NCBI GenBank assembly: GCA_002633005.1
Contig: NMRA01000020.1
Span: forward strand, 1,074,803-1,138,802
DNA length: 64,000 nt
Direction: 5' to 3'
Origin: Phoronis australis
Lineage: Eukaryota; Animalia; Phoronida
A program made the translations under genes and the position numbers. Of this stretch, positions 1 to 11,974 are shown piece after piece (position 1 is the stretch's first letter; each line of letters begins with the position of its first letter). The notes below the pieces were generated by a model. It was given only the letters and a program-made list of their open reading frames with translations. It had not been told where the DNA came from and ran no database searches.

Positions 1-1161
1 GTCGGTAACTAATCATTTTATTAGATAAATTCAAACATTCACATATATTAATAAATCTGCAACAAAAGTTCCGAGACCAGACTTAAAATTATTCCTCTTT
101 GTAATCTACGTCAAGTTATCAGGAATGTTTACTTTCCATTCCCCGGGGTTGCCAAGGGCTTACAATAACTTATTCAAAGGCTCACCAAAAACACGGTCAG
201 CTGTAAACGCTTCTTATTGATTAAATCTTTTGAATGTAGGGAACGGCATATACAAGGCGTACCAAAAATTCCTAACAAAACTATTGGAAATTTTGAGTAC
301 TGGAAAAGGGGTTGACAACGGGGCCTGTTTATTCCCCTGTTTTTTTTTTTGTTTTTATTTTTCAATTAATGAACCACTATATGTTGCAGTGAATTTCTAC
401 CTACTAAATTTGAGTCAGGATCAAGCGAGAAGTCGGCGGCTCTCTCTAGCTCCCATTGCTCTAGACATCACCAATTTAAAAAGTCTCCTATTGTTCAAAA
501 CGAAATCCGAAATAACTGTGCTTCGGAATTTCTGATTCGGTTGTCAGAGAAGTTATAAGTGTAGCCCGCTTCATGAATCATAAATGACCTGGCCCCCTAA
601 TTCAGGTAAAACCTAAGGAAAATTCGGGCGAAACAAGTAAAAATGGCGGCAATGGAGCATGAATAGAAAAAATACAGAAAGTTCATGTGAATGTAAGGAG
701 ATGTTTAGAAATCGGTGTCAACCAGAGCGAACCTAGTGGCCAGCCACGAAGGTGGTGAAACTGGTGACTAGCGGGGAAGAATTGATAGCGAACAAGGAAG
801 GCAATTTTTCTGCCCGGATACGCCAATTATGTCTTACATTCTTTCCTACCGTTTCCAGAGGTGGTGTTGTGACATGAATTGGGAGCGTTGTGTAACACAA
901 GTCGCTCGAGAGACATTTGTGGCGAGAAATCTTCGCTTATGGAACAAATACAGCTAGTCAACTCATAGCTCAATATTCGTGCCTCGCCGATTAATCATTT
1001 CAGTAGCGGCAGTTTTGCTATTACATGTATATATTCGCGAAGTCGCAAGCTATCTTGTGAAACACCAGCCTTTCATTCGGCGTGATTTTTCGTGATCTAC
1101 ACTAGCTGGCAAGAATATTGCCAGATTCTTGCGAAATCTCTTCTCAAACTAGAGGAGGTAC

Positions 1162-1390
1162 CATGCGCTCACCCAGCCTAAAAATGGGGACTCGAATTTT
1201 TGAGAATGTGAACCTTCAAGTTTTACCAAAAATGGGGTACGTTCAGAGCTATGAATTGTGTATCTGCCTTTTTAGTGGACTTTTGTTTTCTACTTTTTCG
1301 GAATTTTTGTTTGTCTGAGACGGACCTTTTTGCCTACTTCGCCAAATGGGGGCTCGTTCGAGCCCCCCCTCCCCCTTGGGTGCGCGCATG
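1162..1390 (+). mobile_element. MITE family A (TIR CATGCGCGCACCC), copy 1
   Basis: TIRs catgcgctcaccc / gggtgcgcgcatg; 5-bp flanks ggtac/ggcac; homologous to copies at 4978, 14278, ~25350 and ~58180. Confidence 0.85.
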
Positions 1391-1484
1391 GGCACTTATC
1401 ACGTCACCTATTAGGCCAGCAACCAGTCAAACCACGCCTTGCGGAACATTTGCATTTAATAATCTATGGTCATTGTCTTTTCAG

Positions 1485-3292
1485 TTTATGCGGGCAACAA
1501 GTGTGTCAAATGCAGCTCAGTGTTGGATAATTCTTGCAACGACGCCTTCGTCAGCAACTCTAAGTATACAGTTAACTGCACTTACGGCTGCAAGAAGACC
1601 AAAGTCGACACAGCTGGTATGGAAATTATTGACAATATTTTGTTTTATTTTTTCTTTGGAACGACGGGAGCACACATAAAACCCTGCTATGATGACTTCA
1701 TTAGTTTTGAAGTTAGTCCATATTGTTTCGTCTTTCAAGCATATATACTCTATAATTTGTATTTATTAACTTTTGAAGTGGGCACTTGGAACAAGGTTAC
1801 CCAAATGACGTCGTATGGAGCTCCCAATGTATTGTTAAAAGGCGAAGGCACCCTTTTTTCATGTCATTTCTAGCAAAAATAAGGTTCGTTGATTATCCCA
1901 GACATATTTTTCAGCTAATTACAGCTTTTTGGTAATTTATACAATTACTCGCCCTCTACTCCAGAAGTGACGTTTTGGTAGGCAAGAATTTCGCGTCAAT
2001 TTATTTTCATGTAGTCTGACTGTGATAGCTGGCAAGTCAGTCACTGTTCTATCTCGGTTGTGATAAGTTCTGTCGTCATTTGCTTTTGTTTACCAGTCAG
2101 TCAACATGCCACACGGTTGCTGTGTACCGGGATGTACTCATTACCGTCTCACGGACAGAGGAACAACTGTCCCACTTGCCCGAGTGTTCCGCGACACACT
2201 CCCACTGGATAGTGACCTTAGCACACAAACTGCTTACATCCAGTGCTGTAGTGGGGCGTAGGCGCACGTAGGCACACGTAGGCGCAGCCAACCACTTTTT
2301 GGCATTTGAACGTAGCGCCTACGCACCGTAATTTACGTTCAGTGCTCAATGTAATACGGTGGGCTTTGGGCGACTACTTACCTCTTATTTTACCACTACA
2401 GTACTGCTTACATACCGCCGTGTGACTCCCTGGCCACACACCTGACACCTTCTAAATAGCTCCAATATTTTAGACAAGTCCACAATAAACTTATCAAAGT
2501 TTGGCAAACCGATCTGTTCATTGACCGACGAACTGTCCTTTTCAATTGGTGTCGAACTGGGCCTGCATTCACTCCCACTGCTCAACATCGCAGCAGGGCT
2601 GCTTACAGGCTTTGGGCGATAATGAGTATATCCCGGTATATGCAGCAACAGTGTGGCATGAGTTCCGTCAGTCGAAAGCTTTCACATTTTGGAGCTTTTA
2701 GCCATGTTTGTGTTTGCCTTATTTTACAATTCATTTTTTTTCTCAAAAAGTGGGCGGAGTTTCCATGAAACCTTATTACATATTGCGGCGGTTGAGTTAG
2801 TACTCATCATGCATGAGTCAGCTGTCACTCACTACCACACCCATCCAAAAACTCACATTAAATTCAGTTAAGTTTGACTATATTTGGAGTTGTATTTCAT
2901 GGGCTTAAGTTTCCATTGAACGAACCTGTGTTAAAATCTGCTTTATGAAGTTTTAGAATGAAGCGAAATGTGCATCACACCGCTGGGTTTTGTAAATATA
3001 TTGAAAACACACAAGCACGCACACAGAGGTTTTACCACTTTGCAATCGATTGCTTGCTGCTCTGATGTCATTTACCTTGCCAACAGGTATTGTGGTAACT
3101 GATAGAAGCTGTGCTTCATCGTCGAAGACACCCGATTGCACAAAATCTGAGGTCAATGTCTTGGGCATCAGCATTAAGAGTTGGACCTGCTATTGTGACG
3201 GTGATCTCTGCAACGGATCTCCCAAGATGGCTTTGCCTGTTTCCACGGTGCTTTTGGCACTCGTTGTGTCTTTGAAACGAGTGTTGTTCTGA
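1485..3292 (+). CDS. Ly6/uPAR (three-finger) GPI-anchored protein, Quiver/Sleepless-like; 5'-partial, exons 1485-1616 and 3087-3292
   Basis: tttcag|...|gtatgg and caacag| splice sites join in phase 1 to give YAGNKCVKCSSVLDNSCNDAFVSNSKYTVNCTYGCKKTKVDTAGIVVTDRSCASSSKTPDCTKSEVNVLGISIKSWTCYCDGDLCNGSPKMALPVSTVLLALVVSLKRVLF*. It has 10 Cys, a CxCxxDLCN terminus and a hydrophobic GPI-signal tail. AATAAA at 3474-3479. The signal-peptide exon was not found and is probably upstream of the window. Confidence 0.88.
1835..2700. mobile_element. Rearranged Kolobok-like (THAP-transposase) remnant in the Ly6 intron
   Basis: TTAA followed by a ~300-bp left end homologous to 16901-17220. THAP start MPHGCCVPGCTHYR on + at 2106. 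On the - strand, a second THAP start (~2659) is followed by transposase fragments KFIVDLSKILELFRRCQVCG and VTIQWECVAEHSGKW. The right boundary is uncertain. Confidence 0.7.
2241..2406. mobile_element. hAT-type MITE nested in the Kolobok-like remnant
   Basis: TIRs cagtgctgtagtgg / ccactacagtactg; 8-bp TSD cttacatc/cttacata; the empty site is present in the paralogous element at ~17753. Confidence 0.85.
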
Positions 3293-4080
3293 GTTCATTT
3301 CACAAAATACGTTTCTTTAGTGTTTAAGTGTAATAACTAATTAATCATCTAATTGTCTCGCTGTGTGCTTGTTTGATGTTTTATAAGTAACGTATCATTT
3401 ATACCGATTTTTAAGACATTATATTACTCCAACTGTAACAAAATGATGTGTTAATAAGTTCTGTTTAAATTCAAATAAATTTCTTGACGAATAACACATT
3501 TTGTAATGATTGCATTCCTGCTCCTGGCAGTCTGACTTTCTGATTGAAGGCATAATAATACCCTTACAAAAGGCAATGCAATCCCAACAATCGCAAAAAC
3601 ACACAACTCCGTGCACAGAACTCTTATCTCTGAAATGCCAACTCCTACTCCACAGAATTTGCATGGAGAGTTGTAGTTATCAAACCAAGCCTAATTCCAT
3701 TGCTTCGTTTTCATTTTGTTTTTACTGTCCATTAAGTGAGCATTTTGAGGTACAATTCCATACAACGAGCGATTTCTCGGCACAATTAGTCAACAAACCC
3801 GACAATTACACTGGTCATTGTTTATTAGCACCGACCTGTGGCAAAGGGTTGATGCCGGGAGTAGTTTGGCCTCTGATGTTTTTTCAGCTCCAGTCGTAGA
3901 ACCACTTTCGACAACCTATCATCTCACAGACCAGGAGTTTTCCAAAAAGACCTATTTGGGTTTTAAAATCATGGTACAGTATTTTACGGAGAGAAGTTAA
4001 ATTTGGCCTAAATGAAAAGTTTAGGTCCTAAAAACAGGTGCGTTCACGTAACGAAATGTTACTCCAAATTGCTTAGCTAA

Positions 4081-4087
4081 GTGTGTG

Positions 4088-4163
<76 letters not shown>
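4081..4163. repeat. Compound microsatellite (GTGC)n(GT)n
   Basis: Directly visible. Confidence 0.95.
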
Positions 4164-4164
<1 letters not shown>

Positions 4165-4977
4165 ATGTGTGTATCATTACTGTTTTCAATTGTTTCTATA
4201 ATAATTCATCTGTGCAATGTTTATCTGTTTCTAGGATGCCGTTTTTCTGGTAATTCCATTTCTGAGAAGTAGGCCTAATGTTATCTGTAGTGTTTTCTTA
4301 TACCCGAAAAATAAAATTTAAAAAAATGAAAAGTTTACCCTGTAAAAAACCCAGTTCAGTACTTCGTGTTTTTGACAGTGTACAGTGTATTCGCCAATGG
4401 CCCCGCTCTGGGTGGACTGTCCCACTTTTTGTATTGTTTCCGCCATCTCAAAATACCATCTAAATGTCTTGCTTTTTAACACAAGGCCAAATGGACATAT
4501 TATCATACACTAGTGTAATTTCACATGACTGATATACCACCAACTGAAAATCTCTTTATCTCGGAAAACAGTTCTGTTTTCCCAGCAGAGGCTTTGCAAT
4601 TTCTAAAGTTGCATAAGAACTGTTCGAAAACGGAGTAAAAAGTAACTTTACAGCTATTCTGTCAGTTAGTCAGGCTGACAACAACGTTGTGAAATCACAA
4701 ATTGCTCAGCAATGCATCACTAACCCAAATAATGTTTGTAAAAATAACAGTATGACAGTTGCCTAGACGCGTGAACCCACTGACATCCAGGTTAATGAGG
4801 GAGCTAATGGATTAGCCTGACGAAATATTTCAATATTTAAAAACCGTTAAAGGCTGTGTACGCATGAATCAAGTTTGTATTACCATTGCGAACTACGGGC
4901 CGGTGGTCTCTTGTTCAAATAACATTAAAGGTTCAGAAATAGAATTCCAATGACCTGGATCGATCATGTTACCTGTC

Positions 4978-5221
4978 CATGCGCGCACCCGAACGACCCC
5001 CCCTCCCATTTGGCGAAGTGGGCAAAACGGTCCGCCTCAGAGAAACAAAAAGTCCGAAAAAACGATACAAAAATCCACAGGAATTGGGCGCGAATGCACA
5101 ATTCATAGGACTGAACGCAGTACCTCGCGTTTTTGTTAGTCCTCGTTTATTTTTTTTCAGTAAAAGGTCCACATACTGAAAAATTCGAGCCCCCCTGTAT
5201 TTCAGGCTGGGTGCGCGCATG
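4978..5221 (-). mobile_element. MITE family A, copy 2
   Basis: Perfect 13-bp TIR CATGCGCGCACCC; exact 5-bp TSD CTGTC (4973-4977 / 5222-5226). Confidence 0.9.
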
Positions 5222-5581
5222 CTGTCTCTTACATGTATGTCTCCTACGTTTTAAGAATAAGGAATAGGTCATTAAAACAATGGAAAACATCTTGGACTAG
5301 CAGAAGTGACTACAGAAGGACAAAGCTGTCTAATACCCAGTCTTACTACCAAGAGTACAGTATGCCCAGGTCTCAACTGCATATGGTGATAACAAGGAGG
5401 AAATAACAGGCCACTGTAACCTGCAGAAACATAAGAAATCGAATTAAATGCTGGATGGAAGATGAGACACCAGAACACCATGTGGTCGGTGTTTCACTTA
5501 CAAAAGCATTAGAAAAGAATGCTTTGGACTAGTGATAAAGTTTCAGCGAAAACACCCTTGCAAAAATGGTTTGCGTAATTT

Positions 5582-5655
5582 CATAATCATCGTCATCGTC
5601 GCCGTCGTCATCATCATCATCATCATCATCATCATTATTATCATAATTATTATTA
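5582..5655. repeat. (ATC/GTC/ATT)n trinucleotide microsatellite
   Basis: Directly visible; explains the poly-Ile ORF at 5532. Confidence 0.9.
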
Positions 5656-8600
5656 ATTCACGACTGATTGTGTGGGCAAATACAGCGCACTGTATTCCTG
5701 AGAACAGGTTGGTTTCCGAGCAGAGTATTCGACCGCTGATAATTTTTTAATTTAGATTGTTTGATCCATAGGTACATAACAAAACTGGCTAAGGAAAAGC
5801 AGAATCAAACTTGTCACTACAACTCGAAGCCAAAAACAGAAATCTGCAGCCTGTTCAGTAGCAGACTAAAAGCCAATACACAAAAAATAACAATGCTAAG
5901 GACTAAATCTCACTTGATCACAAATATAAAGTTTCCGATGATATATCTATAACTTCTGACTGAAATGACATTGAATAAATTATTTCTAGGATGTAATAGC
6001 CAGCTGATGCCTTCATTCAATGACCGTGACTGACACGTTTACTCAGTTAAATCATACATACAATGTATTTGGATAAATACACAGACTAATGTCTATAAGG
6101 TCCTACATAAAACTATCATAACTTCAAGATGAAGCACAAATTTCAAAAGTTCTCTTGACAAAATTTCTTTCAATTCCCGCTGTCTGCTGTCAGCCAATTT
6201 TTATTTTCACCCGATGGTTTTCTCAATGTTGTTTTACAAAGAGGTTGGAGAACAAAAGAAAACGCATATGAAACACTTCCGACTGATTAGGTGGTGATAA
6301 GACCACGGCTATTTTTCGCTGTATGTGACCTTTCAATCACTGGCTACTTTTACCTGCTTTCAGGGGGTAACAAAATCATTTCATGATGATCAATTGAGCA
6401 TTAACATTGCCTTTGGTGACAATTGAACCCGATTGCTTCAGGACTTTGTCAATAATAACGAATGCCACGCCATTGTGAAAACTCGGTCAACGACGTTTAG
6501 CTAAAATAACAACCTACTGCAATTGCAGACCTAAAAAAATATTTTTTGGGCTTTGGGAGAGTCTTGGCCGGTATTTTTGGCGGAGAGTACAGCCAGAGAG
6601 TGTACTCGAATGAGGCTCCCATATGTTGCAAACTTTCATTAGAAAATCTCCCGTTGAGGTTTGTTACAGAGCACCCCGTGAAGGGACTAGAGTTCCCCAT
6701 ACACATTAAATATTTAAGTTACTGTGATTACTGAAACATCACGACGTGTACAAGAAGTGATCGGATGCTGTCAAAAGGAAGTGCCACCTTTTGTTACAAA
6801 AATTTAAAATTATACAAAAGGTGAATAGTAATCTTGTAGACTTGTGCATTTAGAAACGAGAACCTCTTGTAGTTTCGAACTCAAAAGAGAACCTAATGAA
6901 TTCGTACAAAATCACCTTCCTGAGCGGCAAGTTCCGTACCTCTTCTATGACAGTACACCCACATCTCGTGCCATCGAGACAATTGTTGTGTCATATATAA
7001 TATAGATAGTTTTTCTAATATGTATTACACATCACTCATCCAATACTATGTTGTAATATTGCATCTAATATTGTTCATGTCATTAAGTGATGTTGGGTTT
7101 TGAATGGCAAACAATTCTTCCTAATTTTGCGGATATATAATCATGATGTTTAGTTCCATCATTCAACTCTTTCTAATTGACACCCTGATGCCCGACTGAC
7201 AATATGTGCCCAGAGTGGGACAATAAATGTCGTGCGGACATGTCCATTGATCACCGGCACAATAAGTGTGCCCCATTAGCTGACAGGGTGTGCCAGGACT
7301 GGTGCTTAGCAGTGGACACAATAGGTAGGGTTGTGCCCTTGGACTACTGGCAGTGATGAGGTGGACCTGAGTCGAATACATTGTATTACAACTAGAATTT
7401 GTAAGAACAAAATCTTATTGAGACTTCGTACTTGCACCAATGGTAACCAATCTACGTTTTACGTCAAGGCCGTCACCGTATTCATAAATAGAATACCCAT
7501 GCTGGTGAAAGAAATGAGACTAGTTTCAATAATACAAAATATGAACAACAGATCAATTCAAGTGTGCTAACAAGTCAACGCCGGCAGAAGAAGAAAGAGA
7601 ACTATTCGCGAGACAAACAGTATACTTTGTTCACTTTACAATTAAAAAACAATCGCATAACTTGAAATACAGTGTGTTGTTCTACTACATGTACAACAAC
7701 AGAGGTCGTTGCGATTCTTTGCCAATGGCGGGACAGTTTATTCACGCCACTCCAATTCAAAATGTTATTATAGATGTCAGTAATAACGCATGTACATGTC
7801 CGCAGAGTTCAAATTTGAGTGACCAAAATCAAGCGCCGCTCAAGGTCGACCTTTTACATGCGAGGAAGTAAATTATCTCTCTTCTTCGGAAATATCGGAA
7901 CTGTAACGTAGTAGTCACATTAAAATATTGTCAATTTAGTTAAGCAAAGAAAGAGAAATTGGACAAAACCCCGTTCAAATCAATGTAGTGCAATTAAAGT
8001 AGATCAATTTCTAAACATGGTTTGATCATGATGTGTGGACTTGTAAAGCGTACAATAATTTTCCCAACACTTTTGTGGACTTAGGATATTTCGGAGTTTT
8101 GATATCACCTTTTCCTTTATTTGCCTTCAAAAGATAGATTTAAGTCTTCTTGTCGCTCTGAATGAGGAATATCTGATTAATACACTTAAATTAAGTTCAC
8201 TCTTTTGCTTCAAATACACCCTTCATAACGGTAACTTGAACTTGTACCAAGACCAACGTGAACCCGTTCAAGTGTTATTTTTTGCATAATCAACATACAC
8301 TAACAAGGGGATTGATTCTTTGGCTAGTTCAAGTATATCGGAAACGAGCAAACTTTACGCTTAAGTACGGAGACTTCACTTGATTCAAAGTTTTAGGCCA
8401 AAGCAACGACAGAAAAAAGACAACAAGCGCTTTCATGTATCAATCTATGTCATATATACAATACACACACACACACACGTTCAAATGTTTCGTTTTAACT
8501 CTAAACATCATCAATGGACTGCCGACGTACATGTATACAGAGATTTCAAACAATACAGTGAAATTCAAGTTCATCTTCTCCCCTAATGTTCTTGCGTGTG

Positions 8601-11004
8601 ATCATGGAAAAACCATTCCTGGACACAGAACTTCGGAAAAAAATGTTTAATTTTGTCAAGCCATGATGAAGTTAATCGACGGAAATTCTGAAATGCCCAG
8701 ATAGACAACAATGACCCTGATAACCAAATAAATCCTTCAACACCTTATCGAGAAAACCACTCTCATAACAAAAGGACAAAGCAATTACTGAAAACGTTTG
8801 ACCACAAGCTAGTTACAGTAGGCGATCGACATCCTAAACTGTATACCTTGCAAACACAATATTTTGAATACAAAGGTTTTAGGGAAGGTATTCATTTTAT
8901 TTCTGTTTGCACTTACCCCTGCTCTTTATTGAGGCATACATGTATTTCAGATATGTCCAATGTCTGAGGACATTTTAAAGGATAGGACAAGAGTTATAGT
9001 TATCAAAATGTAAAATTACGGCTTCAAGAAATTGCGCCACTGGCGTTAAGTTTACGCTAACTCACACTGGACACCAACCCAGGCCGGTGGCAGCCTCCTG
9101 CAAGACAAACGCCACGAGCATTTTGTCGACTGACTTTCTCTCGCGAGGAAACTCCCCCAACATTGTCGTCTTTCACGCATCAGCTTTGTTGAATGAGTAA
9201 CTCAAAGGGAGCTATTCCGTGGCTTTATTTTGTTGTTGTACCGTCTCAGCCATGACAGTTCAAAATATCACCAGAATCTAACAATAATCGAATTTAAGGA
9301 ATCTACGGTATGTTATCGTGAAAGTATCGTAGATTTCGACATTATTGCGGTTATCGCAACAATCTTCTTTTTCAATCTCTTGAGCCTCAGTTCACAGACG
9401 CAGGTGAAGGACAATAGCGGTATAGCTCCCCAAGGATTTGGGTACAAACTATGGAACATTCAGGCTGCACCCAAAGAAAGACAATGTCAAAAGTCGCCTA
9501 GACAACGAGTTATATGGATGGGAGATAATATTGGATATCATAGATATCATAGAGAACTCAGTAGGTCAACTATTCCCACGAGAGTAGATAGAATTTCTAA
9601 CGAACTGTCCGATAATATCACACATTTCCAAAACGTACCAAAGTATCAACGCATTCGGCTCAATCAACTACGACTGTGAGAAATAAAAGCCACACAATAA
9701 CATTTGCCGGAATCAGAAGAATGAACTTTTTGAAGATAACTGCTTGTCAACAATAACTGGTTGTCATAATTGAAAATTCGTCGACATTTTTGCCCGAAGA
9801 ATCCCAATCCTGTTAAAGAGCATAAGGGAAGTGAGACACTAGATGTTTGGATGGATTTGACTGTCAGAAGTGATTTTTTAGTTGTATCTGTACGATTTAG
9901 AGATGGACGGTCGTAATAGAGGGCATGTTGAACTTTTTTAAACAAGTTTACAGCTAAAACCGTGACATACTACGACTCAACCATCAAGTGTGCACTGAAT
10001 GTGCGCCCCGTAGATAATATTTAATTTTTAGCTTTGAAAACACACACTTTCTGAAATACACCGAAAACACGTTTTCCAATCCGAATAGGCAAGGATTTTG
10101 GCAATAATCAGACGACTAGCGAACAATTGCGACATCTGTCGCTGACGTTGTAAACTAAAATACATTTAGATATGAAAAAAAATACCTCGGCACAAGCTAC
10201 AAATTACAAAATAATGATCAATAACTTCGTCTGTCCATATTACAGTTTACCACTTGTATAATGAATTTTCTAAACATACGTGTACATGTAAATCATCAAC
10301 CTGGCAAAGAAGGTTGTTTTTGCCTTTGTTCGAAGGAGTGTGTGCATGTGTGTCCCGAGGGGTCACTCACAGACATAAGTATACACATGTATATATATAT
10401 ATGGCATCTTCAGCTGTACCCAAGAATTTTGGAAAAACCCCTACTGTGGGGTGAGTGCCAAGTCTCTGATATCTCCCCTCCCCCTTGAGGGCAGGTTATT
10501 CTGTGTTCAGGGCTGTTTAGTGGTTATTTCTATGTAGAGTATGCTACAATTGTTTTGGAGAAATGAAATGATGATGATTAATAGCCATCATACTTATTGT
10601 AGGCAGGTAGAAAATCTGTTACAGAGCCATAGGATTTGAGGGGACCTGCTGAACCCCGCAATACACGCAAGTATCCCTTACCCGCAATTCTGCTACGCCC
10701 ATGCGGTCCCCTTTCAATATGAGTAACTCCGGATTGTGCGTGCCTTTGTGTGCGTTTGGTATTCTGTATTGTCTATCTAAAAAGTTAAGGACAGGTTTTT
10801 ATCAAAATTTCAGGTCGGAAATAGAGCAAGCACCAGTCCAGGCGATTTTGGGATGACGCTGGTCGTTATAGTCATACAGTTATATTGGCCGCGGTGATAC
10901 ACCACGTGTAACTAGACTACAGACAGGGTTCGTGCCTAGTGGGCGCTACGACCGTTTAACAAACCAACCAGTAGAATAAACAATGGTATAAACATCAGTT
11001 AGTT

Positions 11005-11023
11005 CATAGATTTATAGTCTATG
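11005..11023. mobile_element. 19-bp TIR-only transposon footprint (CATAGA...TCTATG)
   Basis: Near-palindrome catagatttatagtctatg flanked by an exact 7-bp direct repeat GTTAGTT (10998-11004 / 11024-11030). Confidence 0.6.
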
Positions 11024-11302
11024 GTTAGTTACATAAAAACACGCTCGTGCGAGTTGTGATAATATTCATACTGCGTGTCATTATTTTGCAAATAAATTGC
11101 GTTTACGTGCCATTTTAATAAAAAGGTGCATTAAAAGTAAATATGGAAGTTTACTAAAATGATACGCGTGTGAGGGTACTGTATACTATGCCACAAGTCA
11201 TGACATATGTGATAGCATGCACGAGCACAACGACATGTTGTTTTTCAGCGTCACCGGGCGGGAGTCCTAAAAACGAAAATGTCCCTCAAGATCTTGGTAC
11301 GT

Positions 11303-11713
11303 TTAAAAAGTGAAACCTTTAAAAATACAAATTTTACATATTCAAAAATAAAAGAAATAAACAAGAGTATACATGATATCAGGATAATACCAAAAATTAA
11401 AACTTATTTCCATGGTGATCCATACAAATATTATAACATAATACAAAACCCCTACTGTGTTACCTATGTATTTTCAAGTTTTAGTCAGCCGAGTGGTTAC
11501 TCGAGTCCGGCATTCGAAATCCCCGAACAGGGTACAGGTCTAGTCGACAACTTTCTCGCGGGGAGCGCCGATGCTATTCTACTATTCTTCCCGTTTTGTG
11601 TGTGTTGTTTCTTCATTGTGTAATATACGTGTACAGTTGGTACTGTCGCTATGTACGTACACATAAGCGTTTTGAGAAAGGCAAAATGAATTTTAAAACC
11701 ACACCCTTTTCAA
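11303..11713. mobile_element. Possible degenerate TTAA-type (Kolobok-like) MITE
   Basis: Imperfect inverted ends ttaaaaagtgaaacctttaaaaat / attttaaaaccacacccttttcaa. Confidence 0.35.
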
Positions 11714-11893
11714 GGGACCCGTCCGTTTGTCCGGTCTTCTGGGTTTCCCGCTATTCGACACCATCTTCATTGGTTGCCGCTTCATGCCGTCTCCCGATCG
11801 CCACTTCCAGCGCCCCACTGACACGACTCAGCTCAAGACTTAGTTCACGATTCTAGGCAGCTTTGAAAGAAATGGCACAGTCGAAAATGTAGC

Positions 11894-11974
11894 AGAATGT
11901 CAATATTTATGGTCCTTTTAAGGACCATAAATATTGACATTCTAACGGATTCTTAAAAGAATCCGTTAGAATGT
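11894..11974. repeat. Two overlapping perfect palindromes (24-bp and 18-bp stems)
   Basis: 11894-11917 pairs with 11920-11943; 11937-11954 pairs with 11957-11974. Confidence 0.95.

Noticed and set aside
4081-4272. Cys/Val-rich ORF
   Set aside because: Translation of the (GTGC)n(GT)n microsatellite.
9230-9679. 149-aa ORF
   Set aside because: Non-ATG start, no domain, no convincing splice boundaries; likely within repeat-derived DNA.
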